The notes: a model not told the origin generated them from the letters alone. Numbered from the stretch's first letter, positions 20,537 to 31,355 are shown. The stretch is DNA of 64,000 nt from Planctomycetota bacterium (GCA_965248575.1 CBDFJQ010000002.1:4256001-4320000); one strand, 5' to 3'. Numbers and translations: made by a program.

Positions 20537-23500
20537 CCGTTCCCATGACACCCCGCGTTTACATGGCCTCCGCTGGCACGGGCAAGACCTTCCAGCTCAC
20601 GAACCGCGCCCTGGAGTTGTTGGTGCGGCACGTGCCGCACGAGTCGATCCTGGCCACGACCTTCACCCGCAAGGCAGCGGGCGAGATCATGGAGCGCCTG
20701 CTCGGCCGCTTGGTGGAGGCTGCGGACAAGCCGGACAAGCTCGCGGAGCTAAACGAGCTCCTGCCCGAGGCACAGTTCACCCGCGAGCTCTGCCTTTCGC
20801 TCCTGAGCGACGCCCTGCGCAATGTGCATCGCCTCGGTGTGCAGACGCTGGATGCCTTCTTCGCGCGGCTGGCCACCCTGCGCGGCCTGGAGCTGGGCTT
20901 GCCGCCCGGTTGGGGCATCGTCGATGCCGGCCAGCGGGCTGTGTTGAGCCAGGCGGCCATGGCGCGGGTGCTTGCGGATTCGGGCGAAGAGGAAATGCTC
21001 GAACTGCTGCGTCGCCTCGCGCGCGAAGACATGCAGCGCTCCGCCTACGGAGCCCTGGAGAAGGTCATCAGCCAGGCCTACGAGATCTATCGCCAGAGCA
21101 CTCCCGAGGCCTGGGAAGCCTTGCCGCCCTTGCCGGGGCTGTCGGACTCCGCGATCCAAAGCGCCTCGGAGAGTCTTGCTGAAGCGCCCCTGCCCACCAC
21201 GGCCAAGGGCGAACCGAACAAGACATGGTGGAAGGCTCGGGAAGCCGGGCTGCTTGCAGCCAACGAGGGGCGCTGGGAGGACTTCCTGTCGACGGGCCTG
21301 GTGAAAAAGGTCGTGGAGGGAGAGGAGGTCTTCTCCAAGAAGCCCATCGAGGGCGAGCTGCTCGAGGCGATCCAGACCCTGGTCGGTCAGGCTTCTGCGG
21401 AGATCATCGAGGGCGTGCGCGCTCGAGGACGGATTCAGCGGGACTTGCTTGAACGCTATCACCGGGCCTTTGAAGCCCTGAAGCATGAGCGGCGCTTGTT
21501 CGAGTTCAACGACCTGCCCTACGCCCTGGCGGCAGGAGCGGACAACGAGCTCACCAGCGAGTCCACGGCTCTGCGCATGGATGGGCGGATCGAGCACCTG
21601 TTGTTGGACGAGTTCCAGGACACCTCGGTCCTGCAGGGGCGCGTCTTGCGGCCGCTCATGGAGGCGGTGCTGGGCGAGGAGGCAGGATCCTTCTTCTGCG
21701 TCGGCGACGTGAAGCAGTCCATCTACGGTTGGCGTCAGGGAGAGCCGCGACTGCTGCAGAGCTTGCCCGACCAGCACCCGCGCATGGAGTCCCACACACT
21801 GGACGAGAACTTCCGCTCGTCCGAGGTGGTGTTGGACTCGGTGCGGCAGGTGTTCGAGGGCCTGGGCGAGTGCTCCATGTTCCAGGGCAAGCCGGCACTA
21901 CGGGAGGCGGCCTTCGCGTGGATGGAGGGTTTCCAGGCTCCGGTGGCCAAGCGTTCGTTGTCGGGTGCCGTCCGTTTGCTGGAGGTGGACACGGGCAACG
22001 AGGCGGCGCTGATCGACGAGCGGCGCCGGGCGGTGCTCGCACAGACAGTCGAGCACGTGGCCCAGTTGGTCGTGGAGGCACCGGGCGCGAGCATCGGCGT
22101 GCTCGTGCGTCGCAAGGCGTCCATGCCGGCCATCATCTACGGCCTGATGGAGAAGGGCGTCGCGGCCAGCGGTGAAGGCGGCAATCCCCTGACCGACTCG
22201 GATGCCGTACGCATCGCCTTGTCCTTGTTGACACTCGCCGAACATCCGGCCGACAGCGCGGCCTTCTTCCACGTGGCCACCTCGCCCCTGGCGGAGTGCT
22301 TGGAGACGAGCTTCCCAGCCGATCGCAAGCTCGCCATGGAGCGGGCGTCCGCGCTGTCGTGGGAGACTCGTCGCGCTCTCAGCGAGCGCGGCTTCGGGCC
22401 CTATCTGTCGAACCTTCAACGCCAAGTGAAGGAGCACGCGGCGTTCGATGCCTGGGACACCGTGCGCTTCGGCCAGCTGGTGGACATGGGCTTCGCAGCG
22501 GACGAGCGCGCTGGCGAACAGGGGCCCAATGGGTCGGGCGCGGAGGGGCCGGGCGCCTTCGTGGAGCAGGTCTGGACCGAGCGCGTGGAGGCCCCCACGG
22601 AGGCCGCGGTGAAGGTCATGACCATTCATGGTTCCAAGGGGCTGGAGTTCGACGCGGTGGTGTTGCCGGACCTGGAGGGTCGCTTGATCTCCAACAGCCC
22701 TGCCCTGCTGACCCAGCGCCCGGACCCTTGGCAGCCCATGGACCTGGTGGCGCCGTCGAGCAAGTGGAACCACTTGCACCCCGAGCTGAAACACCTCGCG
22801 GCGGAGGCCGAAGGTCGGGCGCTTCGGGAGGAACTCTGCGTGCTCTACGTGGCCATGACCCGTGCGGTGCATCGGCTCGACATGTTGATCCCCAGGGAGG
22901 GCAAGCGCAGCGAGCCGAGATCCATGGCGACCCTGTTGAGGGAGACGCTGCGAGAAGCGGACGAGAGCGAAGCAGCCGCCGAACCGGTGCGCGTGCTTTG
23001 GCAGCACCCCGCCAGCAAGACCCAGTGGGCGCCTCCCGCGGATGCAGCGGCACGGGCCGCGCCCAAGGCTCGGGACGCCGCCAGGTCGGAGGCTGACACC
23101 GACTCCGCCGAGATCCGCTTGGTACCCGCCTCGAGCCCGCGCTGGTTGCCACGCCAGGCGCCTTCGTCACGGTCCCACGGCCAGGCCATCACGACCGGAC
23201 GTCTGCTCGACCTCGGCGATCAGTCCGCGCGCGTGCGAGGCTTGCTCGTGCACGCGTGGCTCAGCGGCGTGGAGTGGCTCGAGGAACACGCCGCCACGGA
23301 CGACGCCTTGCGGGCGGAGGCGTGGGCGCTCGGGCGGCAACAAGGCCTCGAGTTGAACGAGGGCATGATCTCGAAGTACTTGCGGGAGTTTCGGCAGTTG
23401 CTCGGCCGCGATGTCGTCTCCTCGCTCCTGACCCGCGGTTCGCGCCCGGAGGGGAGCGTGGAGGTGTGGCGGGAGCGTGCCTTCGCCGTGTCGCTGTCGC

Positions 23501-23880
23501 TGGACGGTGTGTCGACCCTGGTGCGCGGGGCCTTCGATCGCGTGCTGCTGGAACGAGAGGGGGAGCGTGTGGTGGCGGCGGAGATTGTCGACTTCAAGAC
23601 GGATGCGGTGTCGACTGAAGATTCCGGCCCGTTACCGGAACAGGCTCAAGCAGAAGTGGACCAGATGCCCGAGGGACAATTGAGCCTGTTCGGCAAGGCG
23701 GAACGAGCGGCTCCAGCAGGGATCGCCCACGCTCTGCCGCACGCCTCCGAGCGTGCGGAGCAATACCGGCCCCAGATGGATGCCTACCGGGAGGTGCTCT
23801 CCCACATGACGGGTTTGCCGCTGGACGCCATTCGCTGCCGAATCCTGTTTGTCGCGGCGGGGCTGGCCGTGGACGTCTGA
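20533..23880 (+). CDS. addA: AddA-like UvrD helicase-nuclease
   Basis: ASAGTGKT, TFTRKAAGE, LLDEFQDT, VGDVKQSIYGWR, MTIHGSKGLEFD, LYVAMTRA; C-terminal GAFDRV...IVDFKT. Confidence 0.88.
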   Translation: MTVPMTPRVYMASAGTGKTFQLTNRALELLVRHVPHESILATTFTRKAAGEIMERLLGRLVEAADKPDKLAELNELLPEAQFTRELCLSLLSDALRNVHRLGVQTLDAFFARLATLRGLELGLPPGWGIVDAGQRAVLSQAAMARVLADSGEEEMLELLRRLAREDMQRSAYGALEKVISQAYEIYRQSTPEAWEALPPLPGLSDSAIQSASESLAEAPLPTTAKGEPNKTWWKAREAGLLAANEGRWEDFLSTGLVKKVVEGEEVFSKKPIEGELLEAIQTLVGQASAEIIEGVRARGRIQRDLLERYHRAFEALKHERRLFEFNDLPYALAAGADNELTSESTALRMDGRIEHLLLDEFQDTSVLQGRVLRPLMEAVLGEEAGSFFCVGDVKQSIYGWRQGEPRLLQSLPDQHPRMESHTLDENFRSSEVVLDSVRQVFEGLGECSMFQGKPALREAAFAWMEGFQAPVAKRSLSGAVRLLEVDTGNEAALIDERRRAVLAQTVEHVAQLVVEAPGASIGVLVRRKASMPAIIYGLMEKGVAASGEGGNPLTDSDAVRIALSLLTLAEHPADSAAFFHVATSPLAECLETSFPADRKLAMERASALSWETRRALSERGFGPYLSNLQRQVKEHAAFDAWDTVRFGQLVDMGFAADERAGEQGPNGSGAEGPGAFVEQVWTERVEAPTEAAVKVMTIHGSKGLEFDAVVLPDLEGRLISNSPALLTQRPDPWQPMDLVAPSSKWNHLHPELKHLAAEAEGRALREELCVLYVAMTRAVHRLDMLIPREGKRSEPRSMATLLRETLREADESEAAAEPVRVLWQHPASKTQWAPPADAAARAAPKARDAARSEADTDSAEIRLVPASSPRWLPRQAPSSRSHGQAITTGRLLDLGDQSARVRGLLVHAWLSGVEWLEEHAATDDALRAEAWALGRQQGLELNEGMISKYLREFRQLLGRDVVSSLLTRGSRPEGSVEVWRERAFAVSLSLDGVSTLVRGAFDRVLLEREGERVVAAEIVDFKTDAVSTEDSGPLPEQAQAEVDQMPEGQLSLFGKAERAAPAGIAHALPHASERAEQYRPQMDAYREVLSHMTGLPLDAIRCRILFVAAGLAVDV

Positions 23881-24214
23881 CTGGACGCCTGACTTGCGAC
23901 CGCAGTGCGCGACTGCTGCATCTCTCGCACCGTTCTCAGGGCGATCAGGTGCCGTCGTGACAACGCCCCGGACTTGTGGATCGGGTCACCCGAAGCTGTT
24001 CATGTACGCCGAGGTGGAGAGTATTCCAGCATGAGCGTGCGACCGATGAGTCTCCCCATGGATCGCGAAGCGCGTGTAAAGTTAGAGGTCTTCGATGGCG
24101 GCAGCGGCCATGGCGTTGGACATCCCTGATGTTGCGCGCTTGTCGATTGCTCGAAGGGGTTGTCCTTCGTACGACGCGCTTGCTGCCATCACCCCATTCC
24201 CCTGGTGGAACACC

Positions 24215-25843
24215 ATGCGACTTTCTCTGGCCTGCTTTGCTGTCGTGCTGTTTTCCGTGGTGCCCTTCGCCCAAGTGCCCACGGAGGTCTGGGATGTCGA
24301 CGGGCCGGACAACGGTGAACGCATGGGCTGGTCGACGGCGGGGGCTGGCCTGGTGGATGGGGACGCCATCCCCGACGCGTTGGTGGGTTCGCCGCGGGCT
24401 GACATCAACGGTTCCAGCTCGGGCACGGTGACAGTGTTGTCCGGCGCGACGGGCGCCGTGATCCACGAGGTGCACGGAAACCTTGCCGGTGACCAGCTGG
24501 GTTGGTCCGTGGCGAGCGTCGGTGATCGGGACGGAGACGGTCGCGACGAGTTCATCGCAGGCACCCCCTTCGAAGACACCAACGGCATGAGCGCGGGCGT
24601 GGTGCGCGTCTACGACGGCGCAACGGGTAGCGTCTTGTTCACCCACTTCGGCGACGCTGCCGGCGATGACTTCGGCACATCAGTGGGGGGCGGCAGCGAT
24701 GTGAACAACGACGGCAAGCCCGACTTCTTCGCAGGCGCGCCCCAGGACTCCACGGGCGATGGCTATGTGCGCATCTTCTCCGGCGCCGACGGCAGCTTGA
24801 TCCGCACCGTGCCTGCGCCCGGCACGAATTCGTCCTTCGGCGTTTCCGTGGCTGGTCTCGACGACCTGAACGCTGACGGATTCGCGGAAATCGTGGCTGG
24901 CGCCTATCTCGACAGCACCGGGGGCGTGACCAACGGCCGGGCCTTCGTGTTCTCGGGCATCGATGGTTCTGTCATGCACACCTTCGAGGGCGAGGACGAC
25001 TTCGATTGGTTCGGTTGGTCCGTGGCCAACGCCGGCGACGCGAACGACGACGGCCTCAGTGACATCCTCGTGGGCGCCTATGGCGATGACGGCGATGCCG
25101 ATGCGGGTGGCCAGGCCACCGTGTTCTCGGGTGCCGATTGGTCTGTCTTGGCTTCGGTCACCGGTGGCACGATCAATGAGAACCTCGGCTGGACCGTGGC
25201 CGGGGCCGGCGACGTGGACGGGAACGGCGACGACGACTTCGTGGTGGGCGCACCCTTCGGGACGACCGGACGCGCGGTGATCGTGTCCGGCACCGACAGC
25301 AGCGTGCTGCACGAGCTCGATGGCAGCGGGTCCGGGGATCAGTTCGGGCGGGCGGTCATGGGCTTTGGGGGCGACATCAACGGTGACGGGCATGACGACG
25401 TGGGCGTCGGCGCGCCGCTGGATGACGACAACGGGTCGTCGTCGGGAACCCTGGTGGCCATCTCGGGCTTCCAGCCCTGGCTCGACCTGGGCGGAGGGTC
25501 GCTGGGCATCGCGGGTCAGCCGGAGCTGGTGGGCAGCGGCATCCTCACGGATGCCTCGCCGGTCGCCGTGACCCTGAGCAATGCGCCGCCCAGTGCGCTC
25601 ATGCTGGCGTGGCTCTCCTTTGCGCCGGTGCCGTTCATGGCCTTGGATGGCACGGTGCACGCCTTCCCCTTCGCCAACCAGATCGTGTTCTTCGCCAACC
25701 CGTCGGGGGTCTTCACGGGCGCGACGCTTTGGCCCGTGGGCATCCCCACCGGTACGCAGGTGTTCTTCCAATTCGTGGTGCAAGACCTCTCCTCCATCCA
25801 CGACATCACCCTGTCGAATGGTCTGCGAGCCACCACGCCGTGA
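24215..25843 (+). CDS. Secreted FG-GAP (integrin-alpha-like) repeat protein with the shared C-terminal domain
   Basis: Signal peptide; about 7 GDxNxDGxxDxxVGA units; ends ITLSNGLRATTP. Confidence 0.9.
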   Translation: MRLSLACFAVVLFSVVPFAQVPTEVWDVDGPDNGERMGWSTAGAGLVDGDAIPDALVGSPRADINGSSSGTVTVLSGATGAVIHEVHGNLAGDQLGWSVASVGDRDGDGRDEFIAGTPFEDTNGMSAGVVRVYDGATGSVLFTHFGDAAGDDFGTSVGGGSDVNNDGKPDFFAGAPQDSTGDGYVRIFSGADGSLIRTVPAPGTNSSFGVSVAGLDDLNADGFAEIVAGAYLDSTGGVTNGRAFVFSGIDGSVMHTFEGEDDFDWFGWSVANAGDANDDGLSDILVGAYGDDGDADAGGQATVFSGADWSVLASVTGGTINENLGWTVAGAGDVDGNGDDDFVVGAPFGTTGRAVIVSGTDSSVLHELDGSGSGDQFGRAVMGFGGDINGDGHDDVGVGAPLDDDNGSSSGTLVAISGFQPWLDLGGGSLGIAGQPELVGSGILTDASPVAVTLSNAPPSALMLAWLSFAPVPFMALDGTVHAFPFANQIVFFANPSGVFTGATLWPVGIPTGTQVFFQFVVQDLSSIHDITLSNGLRATTP

Positions 25844-26742
25844 TGAGCGGTCACGTGGCCTGTTCTCGTGTCGCACGTCTGGTGGGGGCCGCCGCGCTGC
25901 TGGCGGTGCTGTGCGTGAACTCGCGGCAGCTCCACGCCCAGGTGTGCGTCCCACCCGTCAACGAAGAGTGCGGGGGGGCGCTACCGTTCTCCTTTGAGCA
26001 ATTGCCGCTGACGGCATCGGGTCTCCTGGGTTGCGCCAACAACATGGTGGACCGGCCGTACTTCGACGTCTTCTACCGCTACGACTGCACGGTGAGTGGT
26101 GACTACCAGTTCGACATGTGTGGGTCACTCGGGGACACCTACATGCGGGTCTACTTTGACGGCTGCGGCTTTGGACCCGCGTCGACCTGGGTCGAAGACG
26201 ACGACGGTTGTGGTGGCTCGCCCAACTCCTTGGATCCGCTCATCGTCGTGTCCTTGGAGGCGGGAACGTCGGTCTGGATCGAGTTGGGTTCCTGGCGCGT
26301 GGATGATTTCTTCCCGCCCAACGCCAACGACCCCTACGAGTTTCATGCATCGTTCTTGGGAGGTGGCTTGGCCCCCTGGCAAGGCCTCGGCGGCGGGACG
26401 GTCGGCATCAATGGCCCGGTCACCTTGATCGGCACAGGTAGCCTCACGGGAGGCAGCAGTGCCAGCCTCTCGTTGACGAATGCGCCTCCCAACAGCGCCT
26501 TGCTCGCATGGTTGTCCTTCGGCTCGACGCCAGCGTTCTTCTTCGGGGGCACCGTGCATGCGATGCCTTTCGCCCAGCAGTTCTTGTTCCAGGCGGATGC
26601 GCTGGGCGAGCTGGAGGTCAGCGCGACCTGGCCCGCCGGCGTCCCGGCTGGGACAGAGGCCTGGTTCCAGTTCTTTGCTGAAGACCCCTCCGTGTTGTGG
26701 GGCATCACCCTGTCGAACGCCATCAAGGCAACGACTCCATAG
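25843..26742 (+). CDS. Secreted Cys-containing protein with the shared C-terminal domain
   Basis: ATG overlaps the upstream TGA; signal peptide; PPVNEEC and EDDDGC motifs; ends ITLSNAIKATTP. Confidence 0.8.
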   Translation: MSGHVACSRVARLVGAAALLAVLCVNSRQLHAQVCVPPVNEECGGALPFSFEQLPLTASGLLGCANNMVDRPYFDVFYRYDCTVSGDYQFDMCGSLGDTYMRVYFDGCGFGPASTWVEDDDGCGGSPNSLDPLIVVSLEAGTSVWIELGSWRVDDFFPPNANDPYEFHASFLGGGLAPWQGLGGGTVGINGPVTLIGTGSLTGGSSASLSLTNAPPNSALLAWLSFGSTPAFFFGGTVHAMPFAQQFLFQADALGELEVSATWPAGVPAGTEAWFQFFAEDPSVLWGITLSNAIKATTP

Positions 26743-26761
26743 CTCGAACGGAATCATCCCC

Positions 26762-28318
26762 ATGACCACACGCTTCGTGTTGGCCGCCGCTGCGATTTGC
26801 ACGCTAGGCCTGCTGTCGGCCGAGTCTTCCGCGCAGTTGTTCAGTGTTTCCACGGCGACGGTGCCTGGGTCCGATCTGCAGCTCGGCGGGCCGATCTACG
26901 ACTACGACATGGGTGTGCACGAGGTCAGTAACGACCAGTTTGCCGCCTTCCTGAACGACGCTGAGTTCCACAACGAAGTGCAGAACCCGGGCTTTGGTGA
27001 TGAGCGCGGTGCGAACATCAAATTCCGCCCGGCACCCTTCAACTTCGGGGACATCGGCCTGGTGGATGGCTCAGAGGTGGACGGTGTGTTCGACATCTCC
27101 CGCAGCCTGCTCACCTACAGCTTCGCGTTGCCGGTGGGGACGCGCTACGGCATCGTGGCAGGCAAGGGGGATCACCCGGTCGTGGGTATGAGCTGGATCG
27201 GTGCGGCGAAGTTCTGCAACTGGCTCACCATCGACCAGGGCTTGGGATTGTCCGAGCGCTGCTATGCCGAAGGCGAGGGGGAGGGCAACTGGTTCCCCCT
27301 GACCATTGGCACCGAGATTGGCGGCACGCAGAAGGCCACCAACGCCGTGCGGGATCTCGACGCGGGCGAACGCTGGGAATTGGTGCGCGACTTCCGTGGT
27401 TGGCGCCTACCCATGGACGAGGGCGGCACCGCTGTCGGTGCGGTCAACGCGCTGCCGCGGGTGTTCAACGAGTGGTACAAAGCCGCCGCCTACGACCCGG
27501 CGGCGCCGGACGTAGAACGCACGGCGCTGCCCGGTGTCTTCGAACAACACACGGTGCTGCCTGACCACTGGATCCACGGCTTCGGCCGGGACCCCCTGAG
27601 CAACCCAGACGCCAACTTCCGTGCCAGTGGTGATCCCTTCGACGACCCGGACCCCAGCGTCATCGCCACTACGCCGGTGGGTTACTACGACGGGAGCGAC
27701 CACGGTGGCGCCTTCCAGACGACTGCGGACAGCAACCGCTATGGCCTGTTCGATGTGTCGGGCAACGTCTGGGAGTTTCTCACCGATCAGGTGGAGATCT
27801 CGGTGGGCACGGTGCCCGACCGATCCATCGCCGGCGGAAGCTACCGCTCCAATGTGAACCAGGTGGTGCCTGCGAACCGCGGGGACATCGAGTCCACGTC
27901 GACCCGGCCGGTGGTGGGCCTGCGGGTGATGCGCGTCCCGCTTGCACCGACCTTCGAGGACATTGGCGGCGGAACAGCAGGCGTGGCCGGGGTGCCGCAC
28001 CTGCGGGGCTTGGGGCCCTTGACGGCCGCCTCCACCGTCTCCCTGGAGTTGCGCCGCGCGCCGCCCAGCGTCCTGATGCTGGGTTGGGTCTCTTTCGCGC
28101 CGGTTCCCTTCATGGCCTTGGGTGGCACGGTGCACGCCTTCCCCTTCAGCAGCCAGATCCCGTTCTCCTCCAACGCCCAGGGGGCGCTGTCCTTGTCGAC
28201 GGCCTGGCCTGCGGGTGTTCCGCCGGGGACGAACCTCTGGATCCAGTTCCTGCTGCAGGACCTGTCGGTGATCCATGACATCACGCTCTCCAACGCCGTG
28301 AAGGGCACATCGCCGTGA
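26762..28318 (+). CDS. Secreted FGE-sulfatase/SUMF1-fold protein with the shared C-terminal domain
   Basis: HEVSNDQF, HPVVGMSWIGAAKFCNWL, EWYKAA, GLFDVSGNVWE, GGSY...VGLRV; ends ITLSNAVKGTSP. Confidence 0.88.
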   Translation: MTTRFVLAAAAICTLGLLSAESSAQLFSVSTATVPGSDLQLGGPIYDYDMGVHEVSNDQFAAFLNDAEFHNEVQNPGFGDERGANIKFRPAPFNFGDIGLVDGSEVDGVFDISRSLLTYSFALPVGTRYGIVAGKGDHPVVGMSWIGAAKFCNWLTIDQGLGLSERCYAEGEGEGNWFPLTIGTEIGGTQKATNAVRDLDAGERWELVRDFRGWRLPMDEGGTAVGAVNALPRVFNEWYKAAAYDPAAPDVERTALPGVFEQHTVLPDHWIHGFGRDPLSNPDANFRASGDPFDDPDPSVIATTPVGYYDGSDHGGAFQTTADSNRYGLFDVSGNVWEFLTDQVEISVGTVPDRSIAGGSYRSNVNQVVPANRGDIESTSTRPVVGLRVMRVPLAPTFEDIGGGTAGVAGVPHLRGLGPLTAASTVSLELRRAPPSVLMLGWVSFAPVPFMALGGTVHAFPFSSQIPFSSNAQGALSLSTAWPAGVPPGTNLWIQFLLQDLSVIHDITLSNAVKGTSP

Positions 28319-29742
28319 AGTTGACGACGCTGAGCTGGGCAAGGACGCTGACACGGGACAGCCGATCGACAAGGAAGAACCGGCGGCACGGCAGCTGGCA
28401 GGCGGTTCGTCGTGTGCTGTGCGTCCTGGCGCTGTGCGGGCAGGGCGTGCCTCCCGTTGCGGCCCAGCTTCCGCCCCTCGACATGACGCTCATCGACCTG
28501 CCCGGCAACCCGGCCGACACCACGGGCCTGGGCAGTGTGTCCCAGAGCTTCCGCCTGGGCAGCTTCGAGCTGACCAACGAGCAGTATGTGCTGATGCTCA
28601 ACGCAGTGGCGGCCGCCGACCCCAACGGGCTCTACAACACGCTCATGACGAGCAGTGACCGGGGCGGCATCTTGCGCTCCGGCACATCCGGCTCCTTCGT
28701 CTACTCCATCAAGACCGACTTCGAAGACAAGCCGGCGAACGCCACGAGCTGGTACGACGCGGCGCGTTTCTGCAACTGGTTGCACAACGGGATGCCGTCG
28801 GGAGCGCAGGGGCCGACCACAACCGAAGATGGGGCCTACGATCTTTCTTTGCCGGGCGCCGCCATCGAACGCCGCGCGGGTGCGCTGTGGTTCCTGCCCT
28901 CGCATGACGAGTGGTACAAAGCTGCCTACTACGACCCCGTCGACCCCGGGGCCGATGCGGGTGGGACGCCTGACTACTGGCTGTATCCCACCGGCTCGGA
29001 TGTGCAGCCGGCCACGGCGACAGCCACGGCGACTGGCGACGTGAGCAACCCTGGGCCGAACATCGCGAACCACTCCTTGGGCGCGGACTGGAATGGTGAG
29101 AACGGCAACGTCACCAGCGTGGGCAGCGCCACAGCCACGAGCCCCTTCGGTGTGTTCGACCTGGGCGGAAACATCAATGAGGTGACGGAGACCCTGGGCA
29201 CGCCCATCCCCCCGAACCCGCCCAGCCAGCCTGAGGCCTTGCCCACTCGTTCGATCCGCGGCGGCGACTTCGCCAGCTCGGGTTTGCTCATGGCCAGCCC
29301 CTTGGGCTTCGTGCCCGACCTGAACATGGCCGCCGAGGGCGCCAACATCGGTCTGCGCGTGGCGTCCCTCGAACCCTGGACCGATCTTGGCGAGGCCGTG
29401 CCGGGCGTTGCGGGTGCGCCTTCCCAGCAGGGGCTCGGCAGCCTGATTCCTGGTGCCTTGTTGCGGCTGACACTCACGGACGCGAAGCCTTCCAGCTTCG
29501 CGTTCCTGTTGGCGGGCTTCTCGCGCGTGGACGTGAGCTTCCTGGGCGGCACCCTCGTGCCCAATCCGCTCTTCATCTCCCAAGCCGCCAGCACCGGGGC
29601 CACGGGGGACATCTCTTTTGCGCTGCCGTGGCCCTCGGGTGTGGCGCCGGGCACGGAACTCTTCACGCAGTTCTGGGTCGTGGACCCTGCCGGGCCCGCT
29701 GGTTTCTCGGCCAGCAATGCCGTGAGCAAGGTGACGCCCTGA
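28315..29742 (+). CDS. Secreted FGE-sulfatase/SUMF1-fold protein with the shared C-terminal domain
   Basis: FELTNEQY, SWYDAARFCNWLHNG, DEWYKAAYY, FDLGGNINE, RGG...IGLRVAS; ends SASNAVSKVTP. Confidence 0.88.
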   Translation: MKLTTLSWARTLTRDSRSTRKNRRHGSWQAVRRVLCVLALCGQGVPPVAAQLPPLDMTLIDLPGNPADTTGLGSVSQSFRLGSFELTNEQYVLMLNAVAAADPNGLYNTLMTSSDRGGILRSGTSGSFVYSIKTDFEDKPANATSWYDAARFCNWLHNGMPSGAQGPTTTEDGAYDLSLPGAAIERRAGALWFLPSHDEWYKAAYYDPVDPGADAGGTPDYWLYPTGSDVQPATATATATGDVSNPGPNIANHSLGADWNGENGNVTSVGSATATSPFGVFDLGGNINEVTETLGTPIPPNPPSQPEALPTRSIRGGDFASSGLLMASPLGFVPDLNMAAEGANIGLRVASLEPWTDLGEAVPGVAGAPSQQGLGSLIPGALLRLTLTDAKPSSFAFLLAGFSRVDVSFLGGTLVPNPLFISQAASTGATGDISFALPWPSGVAPGTELFTQFWVVDPAGPAGFSASNAVSKVTP

Positions 29743-31331
29743 TGGGTGGGCTTCGGGTGTGTGTGTTCCTCGCGCTGCTCGCGACACACGGCGCGGCCCA
29801 GCTCGACGTCTCGCCCTCGCTGACCACGGTTGCCACGCCCTCTCATCCGCAACGCAAGGCGGCCCCGAACCTTCCGGGACCGCCTCCCGTTCCACCGCTC
29901 AGCTTCCAGATCACGCTCATTGCTCGCAGCGGTGATGAGCCGCCGGAGCGACCGGGGGAGAGCTTCACCTTCTTTAGCGACCCGACTGTGAACGCCACTG
30001 GGCGCGTGGCCTTCAAGGGCACCTTCGACGGCCCACTGTCGGGCAACGAGGGCATCTACGTCTTCGAGCCCTCGACCCAACAGTTCGTGCGGCTGGTGGA
30101 TGACAGCTTCAGCTTCAATCCGCCGGGGCAGAGCGGCGCAACCTCATGGACGTCCTTTGGCGCGCCGGTCATCAACGACGATGGCCGCGTGGCGTTCCAC
30201 GGCAACTTCTCGTTCGGGGACAACAGCCAGGGGCTCTACATCCACTCGAACAACTCCGTCGGCCTCGTGTTCGACGACAACCCCTTGCAGGCAGTGCCAG
30301 GGCAGCCCAGCGCCGTGGGTTTCACGACCTTCCCCATGGGGGCGGGTGTGTTGCCTGTGCTCTCGGCGAACCACGTCGGCGCCACGGAGGCCAGCTGGTT
30401 CGATGCGGGTTTCGTGCAGCGTAGCGGTTTGTACACCGGCACCGTGGCAGGGGGCATCGTTCGCGTCGCGGACGTGACCCAGGTGCCGCCCGGCCAAGGT
30501 GCGGCGGCGCGCTTCTCCTCCTTCGACCTGTTCATGACCATCAGCAATGGGGGCGATGTGGTGTTCCACGCGCCCTACACGGGTGGCCAGGGTGGGCACG
30601 GTATCTATCGCTACCGGCGTGAGACGAGCAGCTTGCTGCGCGTCGCCGACGCGTCCCAGCAACCCCCGGGCCAAGCTGGCTCGGCCTCCTTCACGGTGTT
30701 GGACAGCTTCCCGGCCGTGAACGCGAGCGGCACGGTCGCCTTCGGCGCGAGCTACAGCGGCGGGCTCGGGACCCGCGGCCTCTACCTGGGCAACGGTGTC
30801 GGCCCCCTCGTGCGCGTGGTCGATGACTCGGGCGTGTTCAGCGTCCCGGACAACCCCGGCAAGTTCTTCAATGGCTTCGGATTCCCCGTGTTGGGCGCCT
30901 CGGGCCAGGTGCTGTTCAGCGCGCAGTTCGGTGCTGCCAGCGACGGCGGCCTCTTCCACTGGATGGATGGCACGCTCTCAAAGGTCTTCGACTTCGGCGA
31001 CGAGGTTCCCGATCAGCCGGGGGCGAGCTTCTTCGCCCTGGGTAGCGTGGCGCTCAACCTCTCCGGTCAGGCGGTCTTCGCGGCCCGCTACTCGGGAGGC
31101 ATCGGCGACGAGGGCATCTACTTCTGGGACGGCAGCACTCTGCACAAGGTGCTGGACGAATCCGACATGCCGGGGGGAGTCACCCTCACCAACCTGCACA
31201 TGATGCTGGGCGTCGGAGGCTCCGGCGGGCGGGACGGCAAACCCAACACCTTGAGTGACGCCGGGCACGTGGCCTTCCGGGCGAGCCTCGGCGGCGGGCA
31301 TGAGGCGGTGTTCCTGGCGTCACCTCGCTGA
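29742..31331 (+). CDS. Secreted tandem NxxGxxAF-repeat protein
   Basis: Repeats NATGRVAF, NDDGRVAF, NASGTVAF, NLSGQAVF, SDAGHVAF; start overlaps the upstream stop. Confidence 0.85.
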   Translation: MGGLRVCVFLALLATHGAAQLDVSPSLTTVATPSHPQRKAAPNLPGPPPVPPLSFQITLIARSGDEPPERPGESFTFFSDPTVNATGRVAFKGTFDGPLSGNEGIYVFEPSTQQFVRLVDDSFSFNPPGQSGATSWTSFGAPVINDDGRVAFHGNFSFGDNSQGLYIHSNNSVGLVFDDNPLQAVPGQPSAVGFTTFPMGAGVLPVLSANHVGATEASWFDAGFVQRSGLYTGTVAGGIVRVADVTQVPPGQGAAARFSSFDLFMTISNGGDVVFHAPYTGGQGGHGIYRYRRETSSLLRVADASQQPPGQAGSASFTVLDSFPAVNASGTVAFGASYSGGLGTRGLYLGNGVGPLVRVVDDSGVFSVPDNPGKFFNGFGFPVLGASGQVLFSAQFGAASDGGLFHWMDGTLSKVFDFGDEVPDQPGASFFALGSVALNLSGQAVFAARYSGGIGDEGIYFWDGSTLHKVLDESDMPGGVTLTNLHMMLGVGGSGGRDGKPNTLSDAGHVAFRASLGGGHEAVFLASPR

Positions 31332-31355
31332 GTCGTTGCGACGGCGGCTCAACCG

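Noticed and set aside
26762..29742. Diversity-generating retroelement
   Set aside because: No reverse transcriptase and no adenine-variant template repeat visible in the window.
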